Translations under genes and position numbers: made by a program
Shown here: positions 10,167-19,132 of the stretch, in pieces
How the letters are laid out: every line of letters begins with the position of its first letter
Numbering within the stretch: the stretch's first letter is position 1
From: Tubiluchus corallicola
Lineage: Eukaryota > Animalia > Priapulida
Length of the DNA: 19,132 bases
NCBI GenBank assembly: GCA_030141605.1
Contig: JAQGDQ010001966.1
Location: forward strand, 1 to 19,132
Direction: 5' to 3'
The notes under the pieces: model-generated
Databases searched by the model: none
Told to the model about the DNA's origin: nothing
The model's input: only the letters and a program-made list of their open reading frames with translations

Positions 10167-10795
10167 CAGGGATGAGAATTTTCCGCGGATACGCGGAATT
10201 CCGAGTTTTTGGAAGACCGGTAGTGCCATTTTTGTAAATCGCGTAAATTCGTTGAGAAAATTTTTCGGGGTTGGACCTCGTTTTCGTCGAAATCTTAACC
10301 GAAACTTTCAGTAACATTTTTTCCAGCTTACCTTTTATCTCCTAGATGTTAAAAATCACTGAAAAATTTTGGCTGAAATAGTTCAAAAATAAAACGTAAA
10401 TATCGTTTATTTGATAATCTGTACGATTTGTAGCATGCCTTTTATGGCAATGTGGCATATCTTCATTGCTACAAATGTGAAGCTTTGAGGCCTCCAGACA
10501 CAAACAACCGAAATACCAAAGCGTAATTTGAATAAAACCAAGTTTAATTTTATAATTTATGAAATATAGGCAAGAAAATACATACAAAATAAAATTTGTT
10601 AATTTTTTGAAGCTTCACGATCATATGTATCATGTATCCTTGATAGTTGGGTATTTTAAGTTATGCATGAAACAAGGTAATTGATATTGTAAGTCCACTT
10701 AGAGGCTCTCTATGGTCACAAAATTGCAATTTGTTGCTGCCCCCAACCCCCCGGCCTGTTTCAGAGTTTTTTGCAATTTATCATTCTCATCCCTG
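10167..10795 (+). mobile_element. Non-autonomous hAT element, family B copy 1, 629 bp
   Basis: 13-bp TIRs CAGGGATGAGAAT...ATTCTCATCCCTG and an 8-bp TSD ATTTAAAA/CTTTAAAA (7/8). Both ends are shared with 11883-12374. Confidence 0.88.
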
Positions 10796-11459
10796 CTTTA
10801 AAATCTCTATATATGTATTATATAATATTTTAAATATATATTGTTATAATATATTACAGTGTGTGAAATATTTATATAGTTTATAAAATAGATTGTTTAA
10901 GTTTTAAACAAGTTCTTATGTGAAATTATGCAGAAATGCCTTATTTTACACTGCCTTTGCAGCTTTTTGTATGTAAAGCATTTTTGACCTGTATTTCACA
11001 TAAAATCTAAATGCAAATTTTAGTTTAATCAAGATTGACCTTATTTTGTTGCCCGCTAATTAAACTACATGTATATTCTTTTCTCTGGATTATATAGCAA
11101 ATGTCATAATTTTAAAAATTACTAATGTTTCCTAAATTAAACTGATAACATTAATGCCCACCAGTGTCTAAAAAATCATTTTATCTATATTTGGTAAAGG
11201 ATAGCAGACTAGGTGACTTTATAGTCTTTTCGCTATCCTTTCTCTAGTTCTAGATCTATCTATACATTTTAACCATTCTTCAAAACTTATTAGAGATTCT
11301 TTTATTAATCATGTTTTATTGTAGCATTATAAAGAGATAAATGAATTGAATTGAATTACATATATCGCTCTTAGCTTGACAACTCTATTACTTGTTAATA
11401 AACTTGCATTTTCAATTGAAATGAGATAGTTTAAACATAGCTAAAGTTCTTAATCACAG

Positions 11460-11680
11460 GTGAGTTATGCAGACAAGAAATCAAGCAAATCTTCAAAGAT
11501 GCAACGGGTAAGAGTTGAGTCGGCATCAAGGCAAGCACGGAAGCAGCTGTCGCACGTTCTAGCATCTTCTGTCAATCGAGACTCGGACGTGACTGTGACA
11601 TTAGCAGAAAATAGTCAAGGTCTTTCTCTACTTCAGACGGTTCTTGCCGAGGGCAGGACAGGTGATTCATTTTTCATCAG
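11460..11680 (+). CDS. Internal exon: C-terminal part of the PDZ, PDZ-SH3 linker helix and start of the SH3
   Basis: CACAG acceptor and CAG|GTAAAT donor; phase 0 to 2. Reads VSYADKK...DVTVTLAENSQGLSLLQTVLAEGRTGDSFFIR. GDSF[FY]IR is the hallmark SH3 start of ZO/DLG5/CARMA MAGUKs. Confidence 0.9.
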
Positions 11681-11882
11681 GTAAATTGATTTTATGTAAA
11701 ATATTGAGGTATTTTATCGTGAACTAAACGGAATTCATGTTACTGAGCGAGAACAGTTTTCAAGAACTTAGCAAACAGTTTACTACAATTTAAGTTGTCA
11801 GAAGGCTTAGAGGTATCTACAAACACTATTATTCTTTATAATTTCTTTTAATGCATATATGCACAACTCAGTACCTTGTTTA

Positions 11883-12374
11883 CAGAGATGACAATTTTCT
11901 GCGGACACGGCGAATTCCGAGTTTTTGGAAGACCAGTAGTGCCATTTTTGTAAATCGCGTAAATTCGTTGAGAAAATTTTTATGGACCCAGTACATTATT
12001 TCACAAGCTGACTGCTAATTGGCAGGCCGTCACTTTGTTTACATCACGTACATCAGTGTGAACACGTGTAGATTTCTATGTATAAAAATATAGAATCAAT
12101 TGTGTGGAGTTATTTGCGTCAATTGCAGACAGTTTTTATATACTTTTGCATAGGAGCGGCCAGTACTTAGGCGTTTTTGAGACAATTAGGTATCATGTAT
12201 CCTTGATAGTTGGGTATTTTAAATTATGCATGAAACAAGGTAATTGATATTTTAAGTCCATTTAGGGGCTCTCTATGCCTACAAAATTGCAACTTCAACC
12301 CCATTGGGGGCCTAGGTGACTCCCAAACCCCAGGCCTGTTTCAGAGTTTTTTGCAATTTGTCATTCTCATCCCT
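11883..12374 (+). mobile_element. Non-autonomous hAT element, family B copy 2, with a different interior
   Basis: Ends are CAGAGATGACAAT...ATTCTCATCCCT, flanked by TTGTTTA on both sides (11876-11882, 12375-12381). About 100 bp at the 5' end and about 180 bp at the 3' end match 10167-10795. Confidence 0.85.
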
Positions 12375-12782
12375 TTGTTTAGCTTTGCATGAGAACTGAT
12401 TATCAGTGGTAATAAGATGCATACCATAACGGTTAATTATAATGCGTCCAAGTCATATACTTGTTATCATCGATAATGCAATTAGGCAATAAATATTTAC
12501 TTAAGAAAGAGTTCCATTTTTGTCTTTCATTATTCGTACTATGACACGATTTTTTAATTGTTTTGGAAGAGACACGTGTTTTATACAGCGTGTAAGAAAT
12601 ATGCTTAGAAACACGTACAGCGTTGGAGAAGCGTGTAAGCAGCCATGAATGTCGTTACCAGTTAAGTGTAACAACTTGAGTATGTGGATAAATTACAAAA
12701 TAAAGATGCCTCCATCTTAATGCATTGATGGATAGAGGACGTAGGCATCCAGCCAATATGTGTTGCTTGCAAACCAAAACTG

Positions 12783-13391
12783 TCCATAAGTCGGCATAGT
12801 TAAAACTACGTTATGATGCTTCAAAGTAGAATGCACCAAAAATTTGGTCAAATGTCAATTTTTCGTTTTTCATAAAAGCAAATGCTGAATATACTCGACT
12901 TTTATATTCTAGCTTCAAATTATCAAGAAAATGTTCAAAAAACAATAAAAATTAAATTTTATAACTCCTTACCTACTTTCTGTCTAGAAACTAGTACTGC
13001 AATTGTAAAAAACTCCTATTTTCAATTTCCGATAATAGCTCGTGGAAGCATTTATTTTGCTTCGGGTTTCTTCTGTTACCAAGACCAGATCTTCGTCAGG
13101 AAGAGCCATCTACTGGATTTAAACGTAACTTCAACATGTTCTTGCAAAGTCCATAGCAACCACACTTTCGTGCTAAGTGTTGTAGAAACAGGACAAAAAA
13201 CAATGGCTGACTTTAACAGTAATTTTCTCAAGATTATGTTTCTCAGTGCGCAGACTGCACCTCATCTTCAACGTGGATTATCTCAGCTTAGAAATAACAT
13301 AGAGCGATGAACTTGGTATCAAAATGATCCTCATGAAATGGAGATTCACGATATGTGAATAACTCGAAAAACTTAATTGCCAACTTATGGA
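12783..13391. mobile_element. Possible decayed TIR element (MITE) of about 610 bp
   Basis: 14-bp inverted repeat TCCATAAGTCGGCA (12783-12796) / TGCCAACTTATGGA (13378-13391) with 1 mismatch. No TSD identified and no second copy in the window. Confidence 0.4.
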
Positions 13392-13519
13392 TGACTTTCC
13401 TATGCAAGCACTCATGTACACATATAATCAATATTTTGAAGTGATCTTATAGATAGAAATATGATTAATTTGTAACTAAACTTGACTATTAACTTTTTGC
13501 GATGTTTGTTTTATTAAAG

Positions 13520-13717
13520 GATTAATGTGAACCCGTTAAAGACAAAGAAAGAGCCATTGTTTTTATCCACGGACGTGGGAAGCGTAGTTCTAATAACTGA
13601 CACGCATCGCTCTGTTGGCACTGACATTCAATGGGAAGGATCCATTGTTGATTTAAGAGCTTCACGGTGGAATAAATTTCTATTTTATGCTAAAGGAATT
13701 CTAGCAAATTACGCTAC
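13520..13717 (+). CDS. Internal exon: MAGUK-type SH3 domain core
   Basis: TTATTAAAG acceptor and AC|GTAAGC donor; phase 2 to 2. Reads (R)INVNPLKTKKEPLFLSTDVGSVVLITDTHRSVGTDIQWEGSIVDLRASRWNKFLFYAKGILANYA(T). The pattern RxNxN..VVxxxDT..W..VD..GxxxxY follows the CARMA SH3 as I recall it. Confidence 0.88.
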
Positions 13718-14545
13718 GTAAGCTTTAGCCTTGAACACTGTTTTACAATTCTAGCTGACTATTCTGTGTAAGTTCCAACCTTGAAAACTGTTTTATTGTT
13801 CCAGCAAACTATTCCACTTATGTTCTATCCTTGAAAACTGTTTTATTGTTCCAGCAAACTATTCCACTTATGTTCTATCCTTGAACACTGTTTTATTGTT
13901 CCAGCAAACTATTCCACCTATGTAGGATTACCATATTGTCTGAGTTGAAAAAGAGGACACTTTTTCGCACACTTGTAAGTAGATAAAAATGACCAGTCTA
14001 GGGTCTATTAAAACAATGCAAATTATAGAAATAGGCCTACATGTATTCTAATAGCAATACTAAATGGCTACACTGCAAAAAACATTAGCGAATACGCCGA
14101 GTTGTGTGACGTATAGTGATGTGCGCATCGCTTACTTTTATTCAGTAAATATGTACACAAAGCTTTTACAAGGGTTGCATTTTGAGATGTTAGCAACATC
14201 TTGTATTGAAAATTAACGAGCTTTTCTTTGTCTCATACTGTCGTACGCCTCTGCAATTGGCAACGTCCATTAAATACTTACGGATTGAGGCAAAACCCGG
14301 ATAAACTACCGATTTTTTGAAAACCCGCCCGGACAGAGGCCCAAAAAGAGGACGTATCCGGGGAAACCCAGACGTATGGTAACCCTACACCCATGTTCTA
14401 TCCTTGAACACTGTTTTACAATTCTAGTTAACAATTTTACGTCAATTTTATCTTTGGAAGCTATTACAATTCTTACAAACTAACACACGTAAGTTTGAAC
14501 TTTGAAAACTGTTTTACAATTCTAACTAACTACTTAATGTTAGGT
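13697..14545. repeat. 50-bp degenerate tandem array (about 7-8 units) starting inside the SH3 exon and interrupted by a hAT MITE
   Basis: CCTTGAAMACTGTTTTA recurs at 13729, 13779, 13829 and 13879, again after the insertion at about 14402, and in degenerate form to about 14545. The first unit includes the exon end AATTCTAGCAAATTACGCTAC|GTAAG. Confidence 0.88.
13923..14387. mobile_element. Non-autonomous hAT element, family C (Blackjack-like termini), 465 bp
   Basis: TIRs TAGGATTACCATA...TATGGTAACCCTA (12/13) and an 8-bp TSD CACCTATG/CACCCATG (7/8). AAAAAGAGGAC occurs near both ends. The 50-bp repeat unit resumes in register right after the TSD. Confidence 0.9.
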
Positions 14546-14619
14546 GTGTCTTTCACTGGTCGTTGAAATGATATTCTTCTCCTAAACTAAATGGATCTCG
14601 GCAATAGTCATTGTTATCA

Positions 14620-15275
14620 AAAGTTTTTTTGCTTTAACATACAGTGATTCTATTCGAGAATGCTGCGCTTTGAATTTTTATGCCAAAGTTTCTTTAAGTA
14701 CACGTGATCTGCAATTGTAACATTGTGGAGCTTTCATAGGCATGACAATTCATTACAAATGTTGGTCCAAGACTTTGCAATGACATAAATGATGAATTAA
14801 AAACTGTTCAGCCAATTCAAAAATTTAAAAACAAATACAGAGCAATGATTTTCAACAAATATAACACTTCCTAATATCCTACACCTACTGCAGCAGTCAT
14901 ACCACAATCCTGGTACAGATTATGCAAAACAAGGCATCATTGATAAATCTTTAGAGCTGATGTCAACATAGCGCAATCTATTATCTTTCTTCCTACCATT
15001 TCCACTAACACATCCTTCTACCCTTCCTGTGTGATCTAACCTTTCTCCCAGTTCTTTTTTTGTTCACTCATCCATTCTTTTTTATCTGGTTCACATGATA
15101 GTGGGCTTATACAAGCCTTTGCTTCTCTAGCCCACTGCAGTACAATTATTCTTTTATGATAACGATAGTGTATGAAACGTAATAATTTAATACAGTGCTG
15201 TAATAATTTTGATGTCATTATATTGTACTGAATGTGATAATAATAATAAATAAAAAAATAAATAAAAAATAATAA
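14620..15275 (+). mobile_element. 5'-truncated LINE (CR1/L2-group) 3' end
   Basis: 14746-14874 reads QFITNVGPRLCNDINDELKTVQPIQKFKNKYRAMIFNKYNTS*, matching the GPxLWN..K...FK.K...Y ORF2 C-terminus pattern. It is followed by a 3' stem-loop AGTGGGCT...AGCCCACT (15100-15136) and a TAA/A-rich tail at about 15236-15275. The 5' boundary is approximate. Confidence 0.75.
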
Positions 15276-15435
15276 CTCTGTGGTATGATAATTCAGTACA
15301 TATGAAAACATAATAACAATTCTACAATTGATATAATGGTTTATAATTTAATGAAAAGCTACATTAGTAATACGTAAATATTGCGTGTTTTCTAAACAAC
15401 TGTTACATTGCTGTATAAAGATTTTGTTGTTTTAG

Positions 15436-15497
15436 TGCTGTCCGTATGTCTGCATTACCGACCACGTCTGGTGCGAATACTCAGCAAAGGCAAACTG
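15436..15497 (+). CDS. Internal exon: end of SH3 / HOOK region
   Basis: TTGTTGTTTTAG acceptor and CTG|GTAAAT donor; a GC-rich island in AT-rich DNA. Phase 2 to 1 bridges 13717 and 18431. Reads (T)AVRMSALPTTSGANTQQRQT. Confidence 0.78.
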
Positions 15498-15847
15498 GTA
15501 AATAATTTTAATAAAGTTTTTTTTCTTATTTATATAGCGCTTAGCTAACCAGCTCCAATGACATTAGTGATGTCAGCTGGGGACTCCTTATTTGTGCATA
15601 AAGAAAAGTAGATATAGTCCATAGCACTTCAATTAAGGTTGTAGAATTTAGGTAATTTTGTGCAGTGAGCATTAAGAACAGATGTTGTTTTCCTATTGTT
15701 CTTTACACATTGTGGGAAAAATAAATGACTCATGATAACGTTAGGACATAATACATACGTGCAAAAGTAGAACTTATGCATACTTTGTTCACACTGCACT
15801 GACATTGAGTTTAGTTCACATTCAAATAAACTTCCTACCCCAGTCAT

Positions 15848-16316
15848 CTGATTTTAGAGTATACGCATGTAAAGGTCACGCCGCACTCACTTGACCTTAG
15901 AGCACAACGAAAGGTCGCACTGTGCCGACTTTGACCTTAATGTTGGTATGGTCAAAGGTCACATCACCCCAATCTTGACCTGTTCTGTGTCTTTTTGTAC
16001 CTACTTGTAGAGTATACGCATGTAAAGGTCACGCCGCACTCACTTGACCTTAGAGCACAAAGAAACGTCGCACTGTGCCGACTTTGACCTTAATGTTGGT
16101 ACGGTCAAAGGTCACATCACCCCAATCTTGACCTGTTCTGTGTCTTTTTGTACCTACTTGTAGAGTATACGCATGTAAAGGTCACGCCGCACTCACTTGA
16201 CCTTAGAGCACAAAGAAACGTCGCACTGTGCCAACTTTGACCTTAAAGTTGATATGGCCAAAGGTCACGTCACCCCAATCTTGACCTGTTCTGTGTCTTT
16301 TTGTACCTGATTTTAG
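15848..16316. repeat. 153-bp tandem repeat, 3 near-identical units rich in AGGTCA/TGACCT
   Basis: TAGAGTATACGCATGTAAAGGTCAC starts at 15855, 16008 and 16161. The array is bounded by CTGATTTTAG at 15848 and 16307. Confidence 0.95.
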
Positions 16317-16334
16317 TACATGTTTAAGTCACTT

Positions 16335-16846
16335 CAATTCCGCAATTCAAAATGTAGTCACTCCCTTTCAACTTTTAAAAAAACCATCAGAAAAGAAATT
16401 TCAAAAGTATTGAGAGTAACACAGTTTGATAATGGTAATCACCTGCATTCTCTTCCCACAGTAACCTTAATAAAACGTGACTATGCTCAACAGGTTACTG
16501 AACACTTTATAATCATGATCACAGTTTTTGTTAGTTCTCGTTCCATTTCATCTTTCATTCACTATTCCCCCTACACTTTTATGTATATATTATCAATATT
16601 TCAATGATTAATCACTTCTTTAAGATTTCCACGTACAGTTTGGCCTGTCAAGCTATGCTTTTAGGCTCAAACTGTATGCATCAAAATTACTCTGTAATGT
16701 AATTTGCACATGTATATGCTGCATAAGAATCTCTTTTGTAATCTCTGGATAATACTGCATTTATATTTATATTTACTGCAGTGAAATTATCTGTATTTTT
16801 ATTATAACTGTTAGATGCAGAGTGGAAATAAATAAACTTGTAACTT
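16335..16846 (+). mobile_element. Second 5'-truncated LINE (CR1/L2-group) 3' end
   Basis: CSHSLSTFKKTIRK resembles the ORF2 terminal SLxxFKxxLK motif. There is a stem-loop TACAGTTTG...CAAACTGTA (16634-16676) containing CAAGCTATGCTT, and a tail GAAATAAAATAAACTTGTAACTT. Boundaries are approximate. Confidence 0.6.
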
Positions 16847-18430
16847 ATAAGTCGCGTTAGGGGTGCAGGATAGATAAAATCGGTTTATATTGTTTTCAGT
16901 GCACGGGTTTATGCTGCCTGCTCGTGGGTTCTTTTTCTGCAGCTGTTTCCTATTGATTTTTTCCGCAGACTCTTCCGCAGGTGCAAAACACATCCGCATC
17001 CACATCTGGATGCTACGTAAATGCCACTAGAATTTTCGATGGACTACACAGTCCTTGTGAAAGTCATGTTTGAAGTTGTTGATCACTCACTTTGTTATGA
17101 TTGAGTTTAGACACAGAAGTATGAACAAGAATAAAAAATCTATAATACATATTTGCACTGCACACAACAGAAAAGTGTTTATTAAAACTACAGACACATG
17201 AGTAGCATGACTGCTGCACTGAACACTGAACACTGAGAGTGAGAGTGACTAGAAAGCAAAACCAGTCAGTATATATAGGTATAGGTGACCTATGCAGACT
17301 TGCACAGGCTTCACAACAACCATTACTTTAAAATAGGGAGAGAACCAGTGAATATGCATTCACTTGACCATACAATTATACTGAGGGTCAGCTGGTAGAA
17401 TGTAACAGGAGTAGCCCATAGATGGCAGCACGTAATTATAATGTACAATTCCAACTTCCACAGTCCTGTTTTGTAGTAGGAAATTTGCTGTTAGTGTAGC
17501 AAGAGCTTTTTCAAGACCAAGCAACAGATAAACAGGCAGCTGAGTCTGTCGGTTCTAACAAGACTTTAATAATTAGTAACCAATCTTGTGTAATGAAATT
17601 CTTGAACATAAAACTCGTTTAGAGCATTTTTTATTTTAGGCGCAGCAAGATGCAAAACGGTTTTTTAATGTTACTTGTTGGCGTCAAGCAATTTAATCTA
17701 GCATTCTATAATTATTTGTTTTCTTTTCGCATTTTTACAAACATGCATTTCCTGAAAGTGTTTAAAACGAAGCCAGCCTTAGTCATGTGACCTAAGCTTT
17801 AGTAGTATACGCCACCTATCAATCACACTTGTTTTCACACGTAGTTACATTTTCTGTTGCTGCTATGCTGATCATGCCGTTTGGTGATACTTGCATTGCT
17901 TTGTCTATTTTGTTACAATTTAACAGTCGCTAGTTGTATTTTCAAGCCAAAGTTGTCACCAGTAAATGTAAATCACCATCTGCTTTAATAATTAGTTAAT
18001 CGTTTAAATTGGTTAGAATTGCTTCAAATCTCTAGAATCATAAAGTAATAATTTGTGTTTCAGTCTTCTTAAATATAACTTTTCATTTTGTCTAAATAGT
18101 CATAACCTTTAGCATGTTCTTAAGCACTTTTTGTGATCTGTTATTTTAATAAATTGCAGGTCTATCGCGCAGTTCAATACTGATTTTTGCCGTTTCTTTG
18201 CCTGGACTGGGCGCATCCACATCACTATTTTCATAAATATTCTAGGTGAATTTTAATGAAAACAATTTTAACGTGCTAGTAAAACCTTTCAAAGAACCAG
18301 ATCGGGGTCTTACTCTCCCACTTTTAGATTTTCCGAGTGTTCTGCCTGCCACTTATTCCGTCTGCGTGAAAGTTAGGAGTAGTTTTTATAAATTTCGCCG
18401 GACATTTTTAACTTTATTTGTTTTTTACAG

Positions 18431-18466
18431 ATATGAAGCCTTATGAGGTCGTGCAGCCTGTAAGAT
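18431..18466 (+). CDS. Short internal exon: PYxxV beta-strand that closes the SH3-GK module; the gene continues beyond the window
   Basis: TTTTTTTACAG acceptor; the phase 1 entry matches 15497. Reads (D)MKPYEVVQPVR, like the MAGUK YE.V and CARMA PY.LV motif just before the GK. The donor is either T|GTACGT (18467) or CCT|GTAAGA (18460). Confidence 0.75.
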
Positions 18467-19132
18467 GTACGTATTTTGTATTGATGGACAATTTTAGAAA
18501 AAAAAACTTAGTTTTTTCTCTGTTTGTTAGCGAAAATAAGAATACAGGCCAAGAGAAGCAAAATACTTTGCTGGTTTATAAATTTTCTGTTGTATTTAAT
18601 CAAGTCTTCGAAGTATTTAATCAATCAATCACAAATGAGGTGGGTGGGGTGGAGGGGTAGGTGGGGTAACCATTTTCCTGAAAATAAGGCTACTCTTTCC
18701 TCATCACTAAGCTCTGCTAATAATTTTCTCATTGCATTGAATTAGGATTTCTTACATTTTGATGCATGCTGTATTGTTGCACGGTGCAAAACAGTTGTCC
18801 TTGAACGATGTGAATTGCTGTATATGAACGAATAACAGATTTTAAATTAAACGACTTTTTGGTATGTGGTAAGAAATGATAAACACGCTAAACTTAGAAG
18901 ATGTCGCAAGAAGATATAAATGTATTTTTTTAATATTTTAATGATTATACTTTCTTTATTGAGTATGTTTTTCAAATTCTTATCACGTTTCATTTCCCTG
19001 TAAAGTCAAAGATCAATTGTGTTATTCAAGAAATTAGTCAGTGCTTGCTCCTCATTGCCATCCGAACTGATGATGACAGCAATGATGGATGTTAAAATGA
19101 GTGTTTCTTATTAAATGCTCTTTCTAATGCTT

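Noticed and set aside
8308-10587. ORFs 8308-8523, 8339-8614, 9507-9737, 10031-10237, 10063-10317 and 10342-10587 as genes or transposases
   Set aside because: They lie in or overlap non-autonomous MITEs, are short and have no DDE or BED features.
12705-12750. Hairpin GATGCCT/TCCATC...GATGGA/AGGCATC as an RNA gene or Helitron end
   Set aside because: It is short and imperfect, with no CTRR terminus and no tRNA/snRNA motifs.
12882-13310. 142-aa ORF as an extra exon or gene
   Set aside because: It has no recognisable domain and lies inside a probable TIR element. Exons 11680 and 13520 join directly to give an intact GDSFFIR-INVN SH3 start.
7467-18466. Assigning a gene symbol (CARD11, DLG5 or TJP1)
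   Set aside because: The N-terminus and GK are outside the window and the sequence is divergent; orthology needs a phylogeny.
7343-18660. ORF-track starts and stops for 7343-7759, 9239-9514, 11460-11684, 13527-13721 and 18418-18660 as standalone genes
   Set aside because: Only the parts between AG and GT sites look coding; they are exons of one gene.

Overview
AT-rich eukaryotic (probably invertebrate animal) genomic DNA; I see no prokaryotic operon, RNA gene or CRISPR array. The window holds the middle part of one + strand spliced gene. Six phase-compatible GT-AG exons (7467-7749, 9325-9472, 11460-11680, 13520-13717, 15436-15497, 18431-18466; about 316 aa) encode a Ser/Pro-rich linker, a degenerate PDZ, an SH3 starting GDSFFIRINVN and the PYxxV strand that precedes a guanylate-kinase domain. 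This is a MAGUK of the CARMA(CARD10/11/14)/DLG5/ZO branch, and looks most CARMA-like by eye. The non-coding DNA is full of repeats: five tandem arrays (40, 74, 69, 50 and 153 bp units), five non-autonomous hAT elements from three families with TIRs and 7-8 bp TSDs, one more possible TIR element and two 5'-truncated LINE 3' ends. The long ORFs at 5.2-7.2 kb are by-products of the 69-bp array. Most notable: the CARMA-like identity, an inverted MITE pair bracketing the first PDZ exon, a minisatellite grown out of a splice donor, and a core shared by the 40-bp and 69-bp arrays.
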